Made by a program: the position numbers and the translations under genes
NCBI GenBank assembly: GCA_023205875.1
Contig: CP060773.1
Span: 124,001 to 188,000 of the forward strand
DNA from: Chloropicon primus
Lineage: Eukaryota
Direction: 5' to 3'
DNA: 64,000 nucleotides
The notes under the pieces: generated by a model
What the model was told of the DNA's origin: nothing
What the model saw: the letters and a program-made list of their open reading frames with translations, nothing else
Databases searched by the model: none
In this document: piece by piece, positions 1 through 11,399 of the stretch
Layout: each line of letters begins with the position of its first letter
Position numbering within the stretch: the first letter of the stretch is position 1

Positions 1-950
1 CGGCGCCCTGGACCTTGCCGCCCGCTCCGCAGTGGTCCCTCGCCATCTGGACGAACAGAGCGTGCCACCTGATATCCGAAGTCAACTCCGGGTGGAAGGC
101 TGTCACTAGGATATGATTCTGCTTGGCGGCCACCGCGACTCGGCTCACGGTTTGACCTTCTCCCAGGCTCGCGGGCTCGTCCAGACGGAGGATCGAGATG
201 TACTCGACCTCTCCCTTTCCCTTTTCTTGCTCCTCGTTGTCGCTCATGATGATGGCGGGCGCTCGGATGAAGACAGCACGGAACGTGTCGCCGCCGTGAA
301 CCTTGGAGTTGATCTCATCAAAGTGACTTCCAGGCGTCGCCATGGACGTCTCAAAGGAGTGAACCTGGTTCCCAAAAAAGTTTCTGTTCACGGTGATGTC
401 CATGTTCCCGATAAGGAGCTGCCCGCCCTCCTTGCTGCCTTGGATTGACTTGGCAAGGAAGATCATCCCAGCGCAAGTGCCCCACACGGGCCTCGTCGAG
501 CAAAAGTCCCTTAGAGGTTCAAGCAAGTCATTCGTTTTGCAGATGTGAGCCATGCAAGTCGACTCCCCACCCGGTATGACTAGAGCATCGCAGCAATCGA
601 GCTCCTCCGCGGTGCGCACCTCCACAACCTCAAGCTGCAGAGACAGAGACCGACAAGTCCCCGTCGTCGTCGTCGTCGTCAACGTCGTCGACCGCGAGGA
701 AGAACAACACCAACTCGTGTGTCAGAATGAGAATGAAGAAAATAATCCAAATCGGAACCGCATCGAGCAACAGCACAAGCATTCTGGCAAAACGATTCTC
801 GACATTGCTTCGTTTCACCGTTTGTTGTGCTGGGTTTCCCATGGTGACTGACTGACGTACCTCCTTTTCGGCGAGAGCTACTCCTGCCTTCTTCAAGTGC
901 GAGATGTGTTCGGCGAATCCGCCCTGTATCGCGAGAACCCCGACCCTCAT
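1..950 (-). CDS. PDX2: Pyridoxal 5'-phosphate synthase glutaminase subunit, 3'-partial; exons 950-861 and 634-<1
   Basis: MRVGVLAIQGGFAEH N-terminus. After a GT..AG intron (860-635) the frame reads LVIPGGEST, VWGTCAGMI (catalytic Cys) and AFHPEL (His-x-Glu). Runs off the window edge. Confidence 0.93.
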
Positions 951-1726
951 GCTTTCCCTCCCGTCTCCCTGTCACGACCAAAACTTAAGACAAACCCAAT
1001 CACAAAAGCAACAACACCATTCACCAACAACCTTACGTCAGTGTTTGCCATCCTCACCAGTGGACCAAAACGTTCGAATGAGGGCTCGATCGAGAGAGGA
1101 AGAGGTGAAGGTTTCGGCCGTGCCTCACCCCGTGGCCTCACCTCTCGTCCTTCTGGCCTAAAACTGGCTCAAACACTCACCTTTCTGCTCGAGTCCTCCT
1201 CCTCTCCTAAAGATACGATAACGTCATCCAAAGTTTGTGGCTCTCGTCAATCCAACAGCAGCAGCAGAATGGAGGGAGGAAGGAGGAAGGAGGAGAGAGG
1301 AGGGGCGATGCATGCTGGTGGCACGGTGGGATCATCACCAGTGCTTTGCTCCCTTCTTCGTGCTCTTTCCAAAGACCTTTCACTTGCCTTGCTGGACAAA
1401 CGGAGGAGGAAGGAGACGGAGAGGGAGGATGGTGATGGTGTTGCCTGGCCTTCCTTCCTTCGGAGTGGGAACAACGACGAAAAAGGTGACAAAAAATCTA
1501 TTAATAGTCTAATAATATCTTCCTACTCGCTGTATATCATGCCACTACTCAAACCATGGACATTTTGTGGCGTAGGAGCAAAAAAAAAACAAAATGAGAA
1601 AACTCTCTCTCCTTCTCTCCCTTCCCCTCCCTTCCTTTCCTCTCCCTTTCTCTCCCTTGGTGTATATATGTAGCATCTATCTAAGCAAGCACGATGGTTT
1701 GGTTTCGTTCTCTTTCTCTTTCTCTT

Positions 1727-3925
1727 TCACGGGTCCGTCGTCGTAACGTCTCGCGAAGCGTGAAGCGCTTTGTACGTTGTCGACTGAGGGGGCCAAGCGA
1801 GGTCGTGAGCCTCCAAGAGACTGGCCAGAGCTGGCATGGGGTCGAACGAGCCCTCACGAATCTCTTTCGAGAGCTCTTCCATGCCAGCTGCCAAGGTCTT
1901 CCACGTGTGCCTCCAGAAACCCAAGCCGATGAGCCACGTGGCGATCGAGTCCACATTCTCGTAGATGCTGTACCCTTCGCCCCTGTCCAAAGCCAGGAGG
2001 GCTTCCGCGGCTTTCGGGCCAAGATTTATGGTCAGCACGGGAACGTACAGCTCGTAAAGGCTGCAGTCCACCGTGAACAGCTCCTCCCCCTTGAACTTGC
2101 CGCCGAGGTACATGAACCTCATCTTGGTCTCTTCGGCAAACTTGATGAGCTCCCTGAGCTCCACGTCACCCAGGTACTTGAAGACATTGCCGCTGCTCTT
2201 GTCCAGCTCGCACAAGGTCGTCTTCAGCATCTCGTGCAACTCATACGTGGCAAGCTTTTGGATCCTTTCCACCAGCATGTACACCTGGGCATCGTCCGCC
2301 TCGTCCTCAATCATTTTCTCCGACTCGCACCACTTTCTGACCGAGCTCAACTCCACGTAGCTCCTCGATTGACGCTCCCCCCTGGCCTTCTGATCGTAAT
2401 TCTGCGCCGTGGCCAGCAGCTTGGCCAAGAACTTGTCGAAGCCCAAGGCCTGGTCGTCGCCCGGCCCCCCGTCCCTGAGGTAGCGATACGGCAGCGGGAC
2501 GAGGCCATGAAGCTTCAGCAGCTGGCTGTAGACAGCCATGTAATGGATCTCGCCGCGATCGATCCGCCTTTGGAGGGCGAAGATGCCCTCGTTGAAACCA
2601 TTGGTCGCGTCAAAGTGCTCGTAACCCAAGCCGACCAGCCAGAAGGCCCCCAGGAGGGTATTGCTGTACAAGGACCTCTCGAACATGATGTGCCCCTCCA
2701 CCAGCAGGTTGGCCAGCTCCTGGCCGATGTTGAACTCCAGCACCCGAGCGTACTCGACGTACCTCGGGTCCTCCGTGAAAGGGCAGGCCTTCGCGTTCGG
2801 GTCGTCCTTGGAAGACCGGAGGACGAGCTCCTTGGTGACAAGAATCACTTTCTCCTTGTCGATCTTCTCCATGTCCACCGTGGCGCAGATGCACTTCTTG
2901 AAGCTGGGGAACTCCTCGTAAAGCTCCTCGACCGTCGCACCGACGCACCACGCCACCATGTCACTGTTGTACTTCCTCCTCACTTCCAACCTCTTCGCCC
3001 TCTCATCCTTGGCGTCCTTCTCCAGCTTACAGATGGTGTGAAAGATGCTGTGGACGTGCGCCTCCACTAGGGTCCTCCTGCCCTTTTCCACCACCCCGCA
3101 ACAAACTGAAGCGGGCCTCGCCGGTGCGGGCTTCTTCTGCTGGTCACCACCAAGAGCCTCCTTCTCCCCACGACCCGAGAATGTCGCAACGTGTCCTAAC
3201 CCTCCACCAAACTTGGTAGGACATCCACATCCTTGGACGTCAACGTCAATCTCTCCCCTCCCCCGATTGACGACGCAAACCTTGGGGTGATGCTGCCTGT
3301 GGTTGTACGCCACCGTCTCCGCCTTGTAGTTCACGTTCCTTGGGATGACACCGACCCTCTCCCTGATCATACTGCTTGTCCTTTCAGTCACAACAGGCTC
3401 AATCGAGCGCAAGATCTTCAGTCCTGCTGGGTTCTCCGCCTGGATCGACCTGTATGGCCACCGCTTGATCCCAAAGTCCGTGCATCGCCTACGAAGCGTC
3501 CTTCTGCAGACTTTAAGTCTCGTTGCTGCTTCACCTATTGGATACATGAAGTGACCTTTTAACAAATCATAGGAGATCTTCCCTCTCCTTCCATGCTTCT
3601 GCCTCTCCCTATGCTTCTGCAATACATCACGGAGTGGAGTCAGTCCACCAACCATGAACATCACGAGTCCAGCCATCCAGTATTGATGTTGATGTTGATG
3701 TTGATGTTGATGATGATATGTTGATGATGTTGAGGAGGAGGAGGAGGAGGGGTTGTCAGCGTGTCGTGTGGGTTTGGACAATCCCCTCATCGAAAGGGCA
3801 AGGGGGGAAGTCATCACTTGTGTGTTGTCCTCTTCTTCTTTTTTTTGGATATCTTTCTTCTCTGTTGTGAAGGAGGAACCGGAACCTCCGGAGTGGGAGT
3901 GGAGCCTTACCTTGTATTCCTCCAT
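1727..3925 (-). CDS. RWP-RK domain transcription factor with long uncharacterised C-terminal region
   Basis: ISYDLLKGHFMYPIGEAATRLKVCRRTLRRRCTDFGIKRWPYRSI is a canonical RWP-RK domain (~3450-3590). First ATG is at 3925; the start and possible upstream exons are uncertain. Confidence 0.75.
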   Translation of the reverse strand: MEEYKVRLHSHSGGSGSSFTTEKKDIQKKEEEDNTQVMTSPLALSMRGLSKPTRHADNPSSSSSSTSSTYHHQHQHQHQHQYWMAGLVMFMVGGLTPLRDVLQKHRERQKHGRRGKISYDLLKGHFMYPIGEAATRLKVCRRTLRRRCTDFGIKRWPYRSIQAENPAGLKILRSIEPVVTERTSSMIRERVGVIPRNVNYKAETVAYNHRQHHPKVCVVNRGRGEIDVDVQGCGCPTKFGGGLGHVATFSGRGEKEALGGDQQKKPAPARPASVCCGVVEKGRRTLVEAHVHSIFHTICKLEKDAKDERAKRLEVRRKYNSDMVAWCVGATVEELYEEFPSFKKCICATVDMEKIDKEKVILVTKELVLRSSKDDPNAKACPFTEDPRYVEYARVLEFNIGQELANLLVEGHIMFERSLYSNTLLGAFWLVGLGYEHFDATNGFNEGIFALQRRIDRGEIHYMAVYSQLLKLHGLVPLPYRYLRDGGPGDDQALGFDKFLAKLLATAQNYDQKARGERQSRSYVELSSVRKWCESEKMIEDEADDAQVYMLVERIQKLATYELHEMLKTTLCELDKSSGNVFKYLGDVELRELIKFAEETKMRFMYLGGKFKGEELFTVDCSLYELYVPVLTINLGPKAAEALLALDRGEGYSIYENVDSIATWLIGLGFWRHTWKTLAAGMEELSKEIREGSFDPMPALASLLEAHDLAWPPQSTTYKALHASRDVTTTDP

Positions 3926-5043
3926 CACGTTCGTCCCCAGAACTTTATGTCTTGGTCTTTCTCTGCACAAAACTCCAAAGAAAGGTAATGGGTCAACAGG
4001 CAAGGGTCATCGAATGGATTGGCACACACCCTCAGGGTCACAGACTGAGCAAAACTTGGCAACTACGTCGTTGCCGCAGACGTTAGACCAACAACTGGAG
4101 GTTTGTGCCAAGGACACTGGAGAAGAGGAACCCTCTCTCTCACAAGTTCTCGTTTCAAGGTTTGGGTTCCTTTGTGTGTGTTCGGTTCCTCGATGTGCCT
4201 GCCAGTCGATGTGAAGTGGCCAAAGTCCTTGCTATGGAGCTGCCCGCTACACCATGACACTCATGGCACTCTCGACCGCAAGCTTTGTCGCTCCTAGGAG
4301 ATAGATTCTTCGAAAGACATTACCGCTGTGGTTGTGGTGTGGTGCGGACCACAAGTAGAAAAGTCTTGTTCGAGGGGAACCGAGATGGAGTGATCTTTCC
4401 TTTTTAAGGAACTTGGCTCAAAAAATATCATTATGCATTCGGAGACGTCACCCTTGGATCGCACCACAGTGCTGTGGTGTAGCGTTAAACCCTTGTTGCA
4501 CCCCACTCCGCCGACTCACCGTGACGAACGTTGTACGAAAAATGACTCTTCGCTTCGAACTTGCCAGTCACTATGATGGGACCTGATGATGGTTCATGGA
4601 CTATGAAGGGAACAAAGTGGCTAACAAGTGGCAACTTGTGAAGACTTCCGATTGGCACGCTTTCGATTGACTCTCTCTCTCTCTCTCTCTCGATTGCTTG
4701 GTTGGAGAAAGCGTGGTCCACTTGCTGTCCTTGTGGAGGAAAGAAACCCAATGGGTCAAAACGCAAAGAGACGGAAAGGAAAGGAATCTTTGGACACCGA
4801 GGAAGGCCCGAGGAAGGCCCGAGGAAGGCCTCTGCTCTTTGCTCGAGGATTCGTGTTGTCCTCTTCCTCTCTCTTTTCAAAAAGGAAAAAAGAAGAAGGA
4901 AAAAAAGGGCAAGCATCCAAGAACAAAGTGCAATCTTCTTCTCCCTCCCATCCAAAAAGAAGAAAAGAAAAGAAAAGAAAAGAAAAGAAAAGAAAGAAGA
5001 AGCGAAGGGGGCTCCCTCTCCCTCTCCTTCCCCTCTCCTTCCC

Positions 5044-5075
<32 letters not shown>

Positions 5076-5301
5076 CACCTTTCCGCTACATTCCCATACG
5101 GATCTTTCCATTCCTCCAGCAGCCAGCCTCGACAGAGAGAGAGAGAGACAAGGGAAGAGACCCATTCTGTTACGACAAGAGGAAGAGAAGGTTGGAGAAG
5201 ACAACGTCATTGTCTGCTTCATCTCAAGATCTTTCCATTGATACCTTACTCGACCCCATTGCGTGGTCATCGCGAACCGTGCTTCGAGTTTAGGCAAAAC
5301 C

Positions 5302-6588
5302 ATGCAAGGTTTACTGAGGAGATGGACACGAGCAAGTCTCCATCACTCGGCGTGTTGCTCATCCTCGTCAACGAAAATATCATCCACGAAGCCTCGAGGG
5401 AGATGTCGATTGATATCCCTCGACAAAACATCTTCCGTCAAGCAACAACGACGCAAGCAGCACGACACGGCAGCCATGGCATCCCCCTCGTCGTCCTCCT
5501 CCTCCTCGTCGTCTTCGGTGATGGAGCAAAGCCATGACTCCATGCAGCAGAGTTCAGTCGATCGGCTTCTTCTTGTGGATGGCAACGCCCTCGTGTATCG
5601 AGCGTACTGGGGCTACAGCCAAATGGGCTTCACCAATGCAGATGCTGTGCGCTTGGATGATGATGATGAAACGACGACGACGACAGAAGTGGTGGAGACG
5701 GGATCGCTCTTTGGATTCTTGAGGATGCTTCTGGTTCTCTTGGAGATCCGGCCTCTGCCCAAGTACGTTTCGGTCGTGTTTGATTCCAAGGGGAAGACGT
5801 TTCGGCACGACCTTTACAAGGAGTACAAGCAGAACAGGCAACCGACGCCAGATGATTTGAGAACCGAGGTGTTTCCGAGAATCAAGGAACTCGTGAGAGC
5901 CATGCAGCTGAACGTGATTGAGGTTCCCGGGTACGAGGCCGACGATGTGATTGCATCCATATGCAGGACCGCGCTGGAGAGTCAAGGTCAAGGGAAAGAG
6001 GGAAGGCTTGAGATCGATCTCGCGACGCCTGACAAGGACTTCTTTCAGCTCCTTGGCCCAGATATCAGGATGCTGCGGCCGCAAAAGAAGAACCGAGACT
6101 CGAGTGTGAACGGCATCGCTTATGATGTGTACTCGGACAGAACCTTCAGGGAAGATTACGGCGGTCTCTGCCCGACAAAGTTCGTGGACATTCAAGCTCT
6201 TGCTGGCGACACCGCGGACAACGTTCCCGGTGTCAGAGGCATAGGACCCAAAACTGCAGTCAAACTCTTGCTGGAATACGAGGACCTGCAAGGCATCTTG
6301 GACAACGCCACGTCAATCAAAGGGAAAGTGGCCAGAAACGCTTTGACGAGCGAGGAGGGAGTGTCGCTGGCCAAGCTGAGCAAGAGCCTGGTCGAGCTGG
6401 ACTGCAAGATACCGGATGACGTGCTGTTTCGGGACAAACTCGAATCTGACTTGACCTTCAAGAAGCCAGACGACGAGGGTCGTGAGCTGCTGAGACTGTT
6501 CAGGGAGTACGACTTCAAGACTCTGACCCCGAGGGTGGAGACACTGTGGCAGGACCTCGATCATGCGGCCACGGGTGAGTCGAGCTAA
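5302..6588 (+). CDS. Stand-alone 5'-3' exonuclease (Pol I N-terminal PIN + H3TH type), probably organelle-targeted
   Basis: LLLVDGNALVYRAY, VVFDSKGKTFRHDLYKEYKQNR, GYEADDVIAS, DKDFFQL and LAGDTADNVPGVRGIGPKTA motifs. Ser/Arg-rich N-terminus resembles a transit peptide. No polymerase domain. Confidence 0.9.
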   Translation: MQGLLRRWTRASLHHSACCSSSSTKISSTKPRGRCRLISLDKTSSVKQQRRKQHDTAAMASPSSSSSSSSSSVMEQSHDSMQQSSVDRLLLVDGNALVYRAYWGYSQMGFTNADAVRLDDDDETTTTTEVVETGSLFGFLRMLLVLLEIRPLPKYVSVVFDSKGKTFRHDLYKEYKQNRQPTPDDLRTEVFPRIKELVRAMQLNVIEVPGYEADDVIASICRTALESQGQGKEGRLEIDLATPDKDFFQLLGPDIRMLRPQKKNRDSSVNGIAYDVYSDRTFREDYGGLCPTKFVDIQALAGDTADNVPGVRGIGPKTAVKLLLEYEDLQGILDNATSIKGKVARNALTSEEGVSLAKLSKSLVELDCKIPDDVLFRDKLESDLTFKKPDDEGRELLRLFREYDFKTLTPRVETLWQDLDHAATGESS

Positions 6589-6694
6589 GCCACAAATTTG
6601 TGGCTCGTGAGGGGATCATGATGACGAGCGATTGCTCTTGTACTATTCTGTATGAAAAGACCACGCCCCTTTACCTTGAGTGCCGTCCATCGAC

Positions 6695-7853
6695 TCAGAA
6701 AGCGTCGATCTTTTGAAGCTTCCTTGATCTGAAAAAGCTGTGCCTCCCTATCCCACTGGACTCCACGCCCGCGCTTCTCTTCTTCTTCGCTTTCCCCCCG
6801 ACCTGCTGGGACTTTTTGTTCGAGCTGTACGTGGACCAAAGCTTCTGCTGCCCGGAATCGTTGTCCTCGTCCTCGCAGTCCCAAGAGACCTCGACCGCTT
6901 TGCTTTCTTCCAGTATCGTCTTGCTGGTCTGCCACGAGAAGCGCACGAGGTGCGTCTTGAACCCAAAGATGGGATCCACTTGAGAAAGCAGCCAAGACTT
7001 CGTCCTCTCGTCCCCGGGGTAGCCTGAACCCACGACCGAAGAGGCAAGAGACTCGAGCTCTTCGTCCCTCTCCACTTTCGCCACAATAGAAGCGGCGCTC
7101 ACCACCGGATACTTCACATCCGCTTTGCTTTCCACCACAAAGGACAGACCAGGAACTGCATCAAGAGCACAATCACGAGAGGAGGCCTCACCACGTCAGT
7201 CACCATGATGATGAAACCGAGCAACACACACAAAGAGAGAGAGAGAGACAGAGATAGATAGAGAGAGATGTGTTGTACTGTGTTGTGTTGTCGCCGAGGC
7301 CGAGGTCGAGGACGGCGAAGGAAACCCACTTACACTTCCCAGAGAGCCTGTCCTTGTGCCTCCTTGGATCACCCAGGGTATCTACGTACACCGTGTCGAT
7401 CATAGCCATCGCTTCTGACGCCGATCCACCTTCCTTGCTCTTCTCAGCATGAACATCAACATCATCGTCCCCCATTTTGGCCAACTTTTGCAGCATTTCT
7501 TCAATAATTCGACAAGTGGACTCAAAGGCTATCTCATTCAAGCTCGACCTCGTGGAATCGAGCATCCTTGCGCCGATATCTCTCGCGCTGAGGGCATCGC
7601 TCGCATAATCGACTCCGTTGGGTCCCCTGACTTTTTCCATGAAGTCCATCAGTTCCCTTCTCTTGTCCGGAGTCAACTGCTTGGAATCTGCGAAACCTTT
7701 TGTCTTCAACGAAGGGACGAATGATTTCTTACACCAAGCGATGCCGTACACCATGCTGCCGAGGACGGGGCCGCGTCCAGCCTCATCGATGCCCGCGATG
7801 TAACGCACGTCCTCCTCCTCCTCGTGTTGCTCTTGCTGGTGGATCGCCACCAT
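6695..7853 (-). CDS. RNASEH2A: Ribonuclease H2 subunit A; exons 7853-7334 and 7155-6695
   Basis: GIDEAGRGPVLG, ADSKQL, VYVDT, KADVKYPVVSAASIVAKVERD, GSGYPGD and VRFSW motifs. A GTAAGT..GCAG intron (7333-7156) joins the two ORFs in frame. Confidence 0.95.
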
Positions 7854-7884
7854 CGTCAGGGATTCTGACAGAAGACAAAAACGC

Positions 7885-7892
7885 GCGGGAAA
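7885..7892 (-). promoter_or_regulatory. E2F-type site TTTCCCGC upstream of RNASEH2A
   Basis: Plus-strand gcgggaaa equals TTTCCCGC on the gene strand, about 30 nt upstream of the ATG. Matches the plant E2F consensus TTTSSCGS. Confidence 0.45.
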
Positions 7893-7910
7893 TTGGGAGG
7901 AAACCAGAGG

Positions 7911-8130
7911 GGAGGAGAGGGGAAGATGATGGGGATAATGGTGGCGGGTGAGGGGAGGGAGAGGAGGAGGGGGATAAAGGGAGGGATGCATTATCTCTTG
8001 CCCTTTCCAATGAGCCATCACTTGCTCGCTTTTGTTTCCTAGGCAGAGGATGATGGGGGTAATGATGAGGGTGTTGGTGAGGGTGGCGGGTGAGGGGAGG
8101 GAGAGGAGGAGGGGGATGAAGGGATGCATT
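7911..8130 (-). repeat. Dispersed ~160-bp intergenic cassette, copy 1 (upstream of RNASEH2A)
   Basis: Near-identical to the copies at ~28975, ~30480, ~30640 and ~60451; core AGCAAGTGATGGCTCATTGGAAAGGGCAAGAGATAATGCATCC. Confidence 0.9.
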
Positions 8131-8408
8131 GCATTCTTTCTCTCTCTCTATCTATCTTGCTCTTGCTCTTGCTCTTGCTCATTCCAAAGAGGAGCCCTCG
8201 CTCGGGAGAAGAACGAATGAGGTGATGAATCCTCTACCAAAGTAAGAAAAGGGAATTGATGATAGTTTACAAAAGGACTATAGGTGTTTATGTGTGCATT
8301 TCGATTATATCATAACGTGTTGCTGCTCCCCGCCACATGCGGGACTCTCTACCGCTTCTCGCAACAAAACAGCAACAAAAAGGCCAAATGCGCAACCTAG
8401 CGGACCAC

Positions 8409-10898
8409 TTAGCAGCACGTCGAATTGCAGTTCTTCTTCTTCGCGGAGCGACGGGGTGGCGGTGGACGATCCTCCACAGGCTGGACCGTCCAGTGCTTCA
8501 TCTCCAAGGCCTCGAACTCCTCGTCGATATCCGTTCCCGTGTCTTGAGAGTCATAGCTAAAATCGCTGTCCATGTCGTCCTCCTCGACCGCAGCTTGCTG
8601 GTTTGCTGCAGAGCTTTCCTCGTCCGAGGAGAACTCAGCCTCGTCGTCCGACTCCAGGGGTGGAACGTCGTCGTCGCTGGACTCGAGATCCAGCTGGGTG
8701 GCGCTCGAGATGTTCGAATCCACTTCGTCATCAGAGTCGATCGAATTCAGTCGAGCGGCGGCCTTGGCGGCAGCCTTCTCGGCCCTGAGCTTTGCCCTCT
8801 TCTGCTTCTCGTGGGACTTTTCCGGGTTCTCCTCCTTGGCACCCGCGGCCCTTGCCTTGGAGTCCACGGTGATCTTCCTCTGCAAGAAGACATCGCAGCC
8901 CAAGTACGCGTCCGACAGGATCATGATGCTCACGTCGTAGTCCCCAGGTGGCGGAGCCCTGAAGCCGAGGATGACCCTCCTGCACCCGCTCTTGCTTCTG
9001 AGATCAGAGAGCTTGCCGGGGAGCATCTTCTTGATGTTGGCATAATCGTAGTCTCCCGTCTTCATCGCGTCAACCTTGGCGTGGCAAGACTTTGAGAACT
9101 CCTCCAGCAGAGTGTCTCTGAAGCCGCACTCCTCGGCCTCGTCCATCTCCACGTTGCCGTAGCAGTACAGCAGGTTCGCCTTGACGTCACCGACCAAAAA
9201 GTACCACCTCTCCGCTTTCTTGAACGGCAGGAGGGGCGTCTCCGCCATCATTTGCTGGCCCTTGGTCTTAGGAATGTTGAAGATCTCCTCCAAAGTATCC
9301 AAGACCTCGTCGACCATCTTCTCGTTCGTGACCTTGTCCTCGGAGCCAGCCTTGGAGACAAACTCTTCCACCAAGGAGTCGTACTTGCTCCTGCTGGCGG
9401 CGCTCAAGTTCTTCATCTGCTGGACAATGTCCGACTTGTGGGAGTCGCGCTTCAGCATCACATTGAGCTCGACAAGGGTGGGGTCAAACACCACAATCCC
9501 TTCCTCTTGCTCCACGTACATCTTGCAGCTCGTCACTTCCACCCTCGGAAGAGCCCTTACCATCGTGAAGGTCTCATTCACTCCCCTCTCTCCAAGGTCC
9601 CTGTCCAACGCAAACTCCAACAGGGACTTGAGATCAGAATCGCTGAGCTTGAGCATCTCGTCCAAGGTCTTCACCTTAATTCCTCCCGGCGTGCCCTTTG
9701 CCATCATCTTCATGACGTGCTCGTCCACATGGGGCAGCTGGTACAACCCAGACTTGCCTTGCAGGGCCTTGCTGCTGTTCGAAGTGACGCTCTGGGTTCT
9801 GGGCCTCTTGACGTCCGTAGGAACCGCCTGGAAGATGCACTGCATCGTCTCGATCACGGCCTGGGTCGGGGCGAACCAGCAATAGTTGTGCCTGGCTATT
9901 CTAGGGATGGCGGCCGCCTTGACGAGCTCCCCGGCAAGCTTTGGAATGACCTTGAGGATCTGCTCCTGCTTGAGCTCCTTTGGTATGTCGATCCTGTACG
10001 TCCAAGCGAGGACGGCGAAGTGGGACCTGATGAGCTCCACCTTCTTCTTGAACATCTTGTCACCTTCCTTGAGGGCCTTGAAGCGAATCAGGTTCTTCAT
10101 CAGCTGCTCGAGCAGAGGGTAGTGCTTCCTCGCCACCTTGATCTCCACGAACTCCGCGGCGCAGGTCAGAGTCTCGATGACTCTGTGGATGCTGTGAGCC
10201 TGCTTGATGTGCACAGGACTCTGCTGCTGGTTCAACCAGATGCCCAAAGTCTCGACCATGACGTTGTTGGCGTACTTTTTGGACTTGTTCAAGTAAAAGA
10301 TCGCATACGCTACTGGAATGATAATTGCGAGGGCAACAATGAGGCCGAGCAAGATGATCGAAGCCTTCTCGTTGTCCCGGAAAAGGAACGTCGGGAGAGC
10401 GACGCCAAACTTGGTCGAGCTGGGGCCGTCCGGGTGCCCATACTTCTCCCAGTTCTCCCGCGCCGTCTCATCCGTCAAGGTCTTGTAGGCCTTGGACACA
10501 AAGTTGCTGAAGAACTCCGACGCCGCTGGATCAGGGTTCTTGTCCGGATGGTACTTCAGACTCAGCTTCCTGTACGCGGACTTGATCTGCTTCTTCGTTG
10601 CAGACGTTGGCAACTCCAGGATCTCAAAGGGATCAAACTTCTGGTCCTCCTCCGAGCTGTACGCGATATAGATCGACAGGGAAAGGATCGCCAACCATAG
10701 CAGGGTCAAGACCACGTTGCTCCTGCTTCCGAAGAATCCCTTCTTCTTCTCCTTCCTTCCGCGGGCAACGTTCAAGCTCACCTCCTCCTTGGCCTCCGAG
10801 GTCACTTTCGATACCGTCCACGGCACAGCGATGACAGTCAGGATGGCCACCACAAACACCGAAAACAAATCCTCATTCGTTGACGTTGGGTCCTCCAT
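8409..10898 (-). CDS. SEC63: SEC63 / ERdj2 translocon-associated J-protein
   Basis: Three TM segments, J-domain with HPD (AYRKLSLKYHPDKNPDP), NWEKYGHPDGP, Sec63/Brl-like region (LYQLPH; ILSDAYLGCD) and an acidic tail. Confidence 0.92.
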   Translation of the reverse strand: MEDPTSTNEDLFSVFVVAILTVIAVPWTVSKVTSEAKEEVSLNVARGRKEKKKGFFGSRSNVVLTLLWLAILSLSIYIAYSSEEDQKFDPFEILELPTSATKKQIKSAYRKLSLKYHPDKNPDPAASEFFSNFVSKAYKTLTDETARENWEKYGHPDGPSSTKFGVALPTFLFRDNEKASIILLGLIVALAIIIPVAYAIFYLNKSKKYANNVMVETLGIWLNQQQSPVHIKQAHSIHRVIETLTCAAEFVEIKVARKHYPLLEQLMKNLIRFKALKEGDKMFKKKVELIRSHFAVLAWTYRIDIPKELKQEQILKVIPKLAGELVKAAAIPRIARHNYCWFAPTQAVIETMQCIFQAVPTDVKRPRTQSVTSNSSKALQGKSGLYQLPHVDEHVMKMMAKGTPGGIKVKTLDEMLKLSDSDLKSLLEFALDRDLGERGVNETFTMVRALPRVEVTSCKMYVEQEEGIVVFDPTLVELNVMLKRDSHKSDIVQQMKNLSAASRSKYDSLVEEFVSKAGSEDKVTNEKMVDEVLDTLEEIFNIPKTKGQQMMAETPLLPFKKAERWYFLVGDVKANLLYCYGNVEMDEAEECGFRDTLLEEFSKSCHAKVDAMKTGDYDYANIKKMLPGKLSDLRSKSGCRRVILGFRAPPPGDYDVSIMILSDAYLGCDVFLQRKITVDSKARAAGAKEENPEKSHEKQKRAKLRAEKAAAKAAARLNSIDSDDEVDSNISSATQLDLESSDDDVPPLESDDEAEFSSDEESSAANQQAAVEEDDMDSDFSYDSQDTGTDIDEEFEALEMKHWTVQPVEDRPPPPRRSAKKKNCNSTCC

Positions 10899-11399
10899 GA
10901 TGAGTAGAACTACAGACACCAACCGCCGCCCACAAAACTACTGCAGTCGACGAGGCAGTTACGAAACGGAAGCAAAAGTAACGCACAGAGTGACGTCAGT
11001 TTCACCATAAAGGTCAACACGAATGGGAATGGGATTAGGGAACGGGAATAAGAAATGAAGAAATGAAGAAATAAGAATGCGAATGGGACAAGCTCGGAAG
11101 GTGGAGAGTTTCGTCTTGCGACCATTCGTTGGAAAGGTCTTGACGAGGCGGTTCCAACAATCCCTCTGCGTTGGTCCTCGTTTCACTTCTTTCGCCTTCA
11201 ACTCGAAACTCACCTCTAACCAAAGGGTCAATCCAACAACATTCATCATCAACACCAACGAGAGGAGGCGAGGGCGATGAGAAGAAAGAAAACGTTTTAG
11301 TCTCAAATGGCGTCCAGTTTCTTCGAGCAAGGTATCTATCGAAAGGTTATGACAAGACGCTTCATTTGATGTAATCCTCTTTCAACCTTTCACAAAACT

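Noticed and set aside
4485..5537. Overlapping ORFs rich in ER/SL/K repeats
   Set aside because: They are translations of GA/CT and AAAAG microsatellites in intergenic DNA.
8409..8450. Basic stretch plus terminal CC on SEC63 as a prenylation signal
   Set aside because: It is not a CaaX box, and CC prenylation requires a Rab fold. The 3' end of the gene model may also be imprecise.
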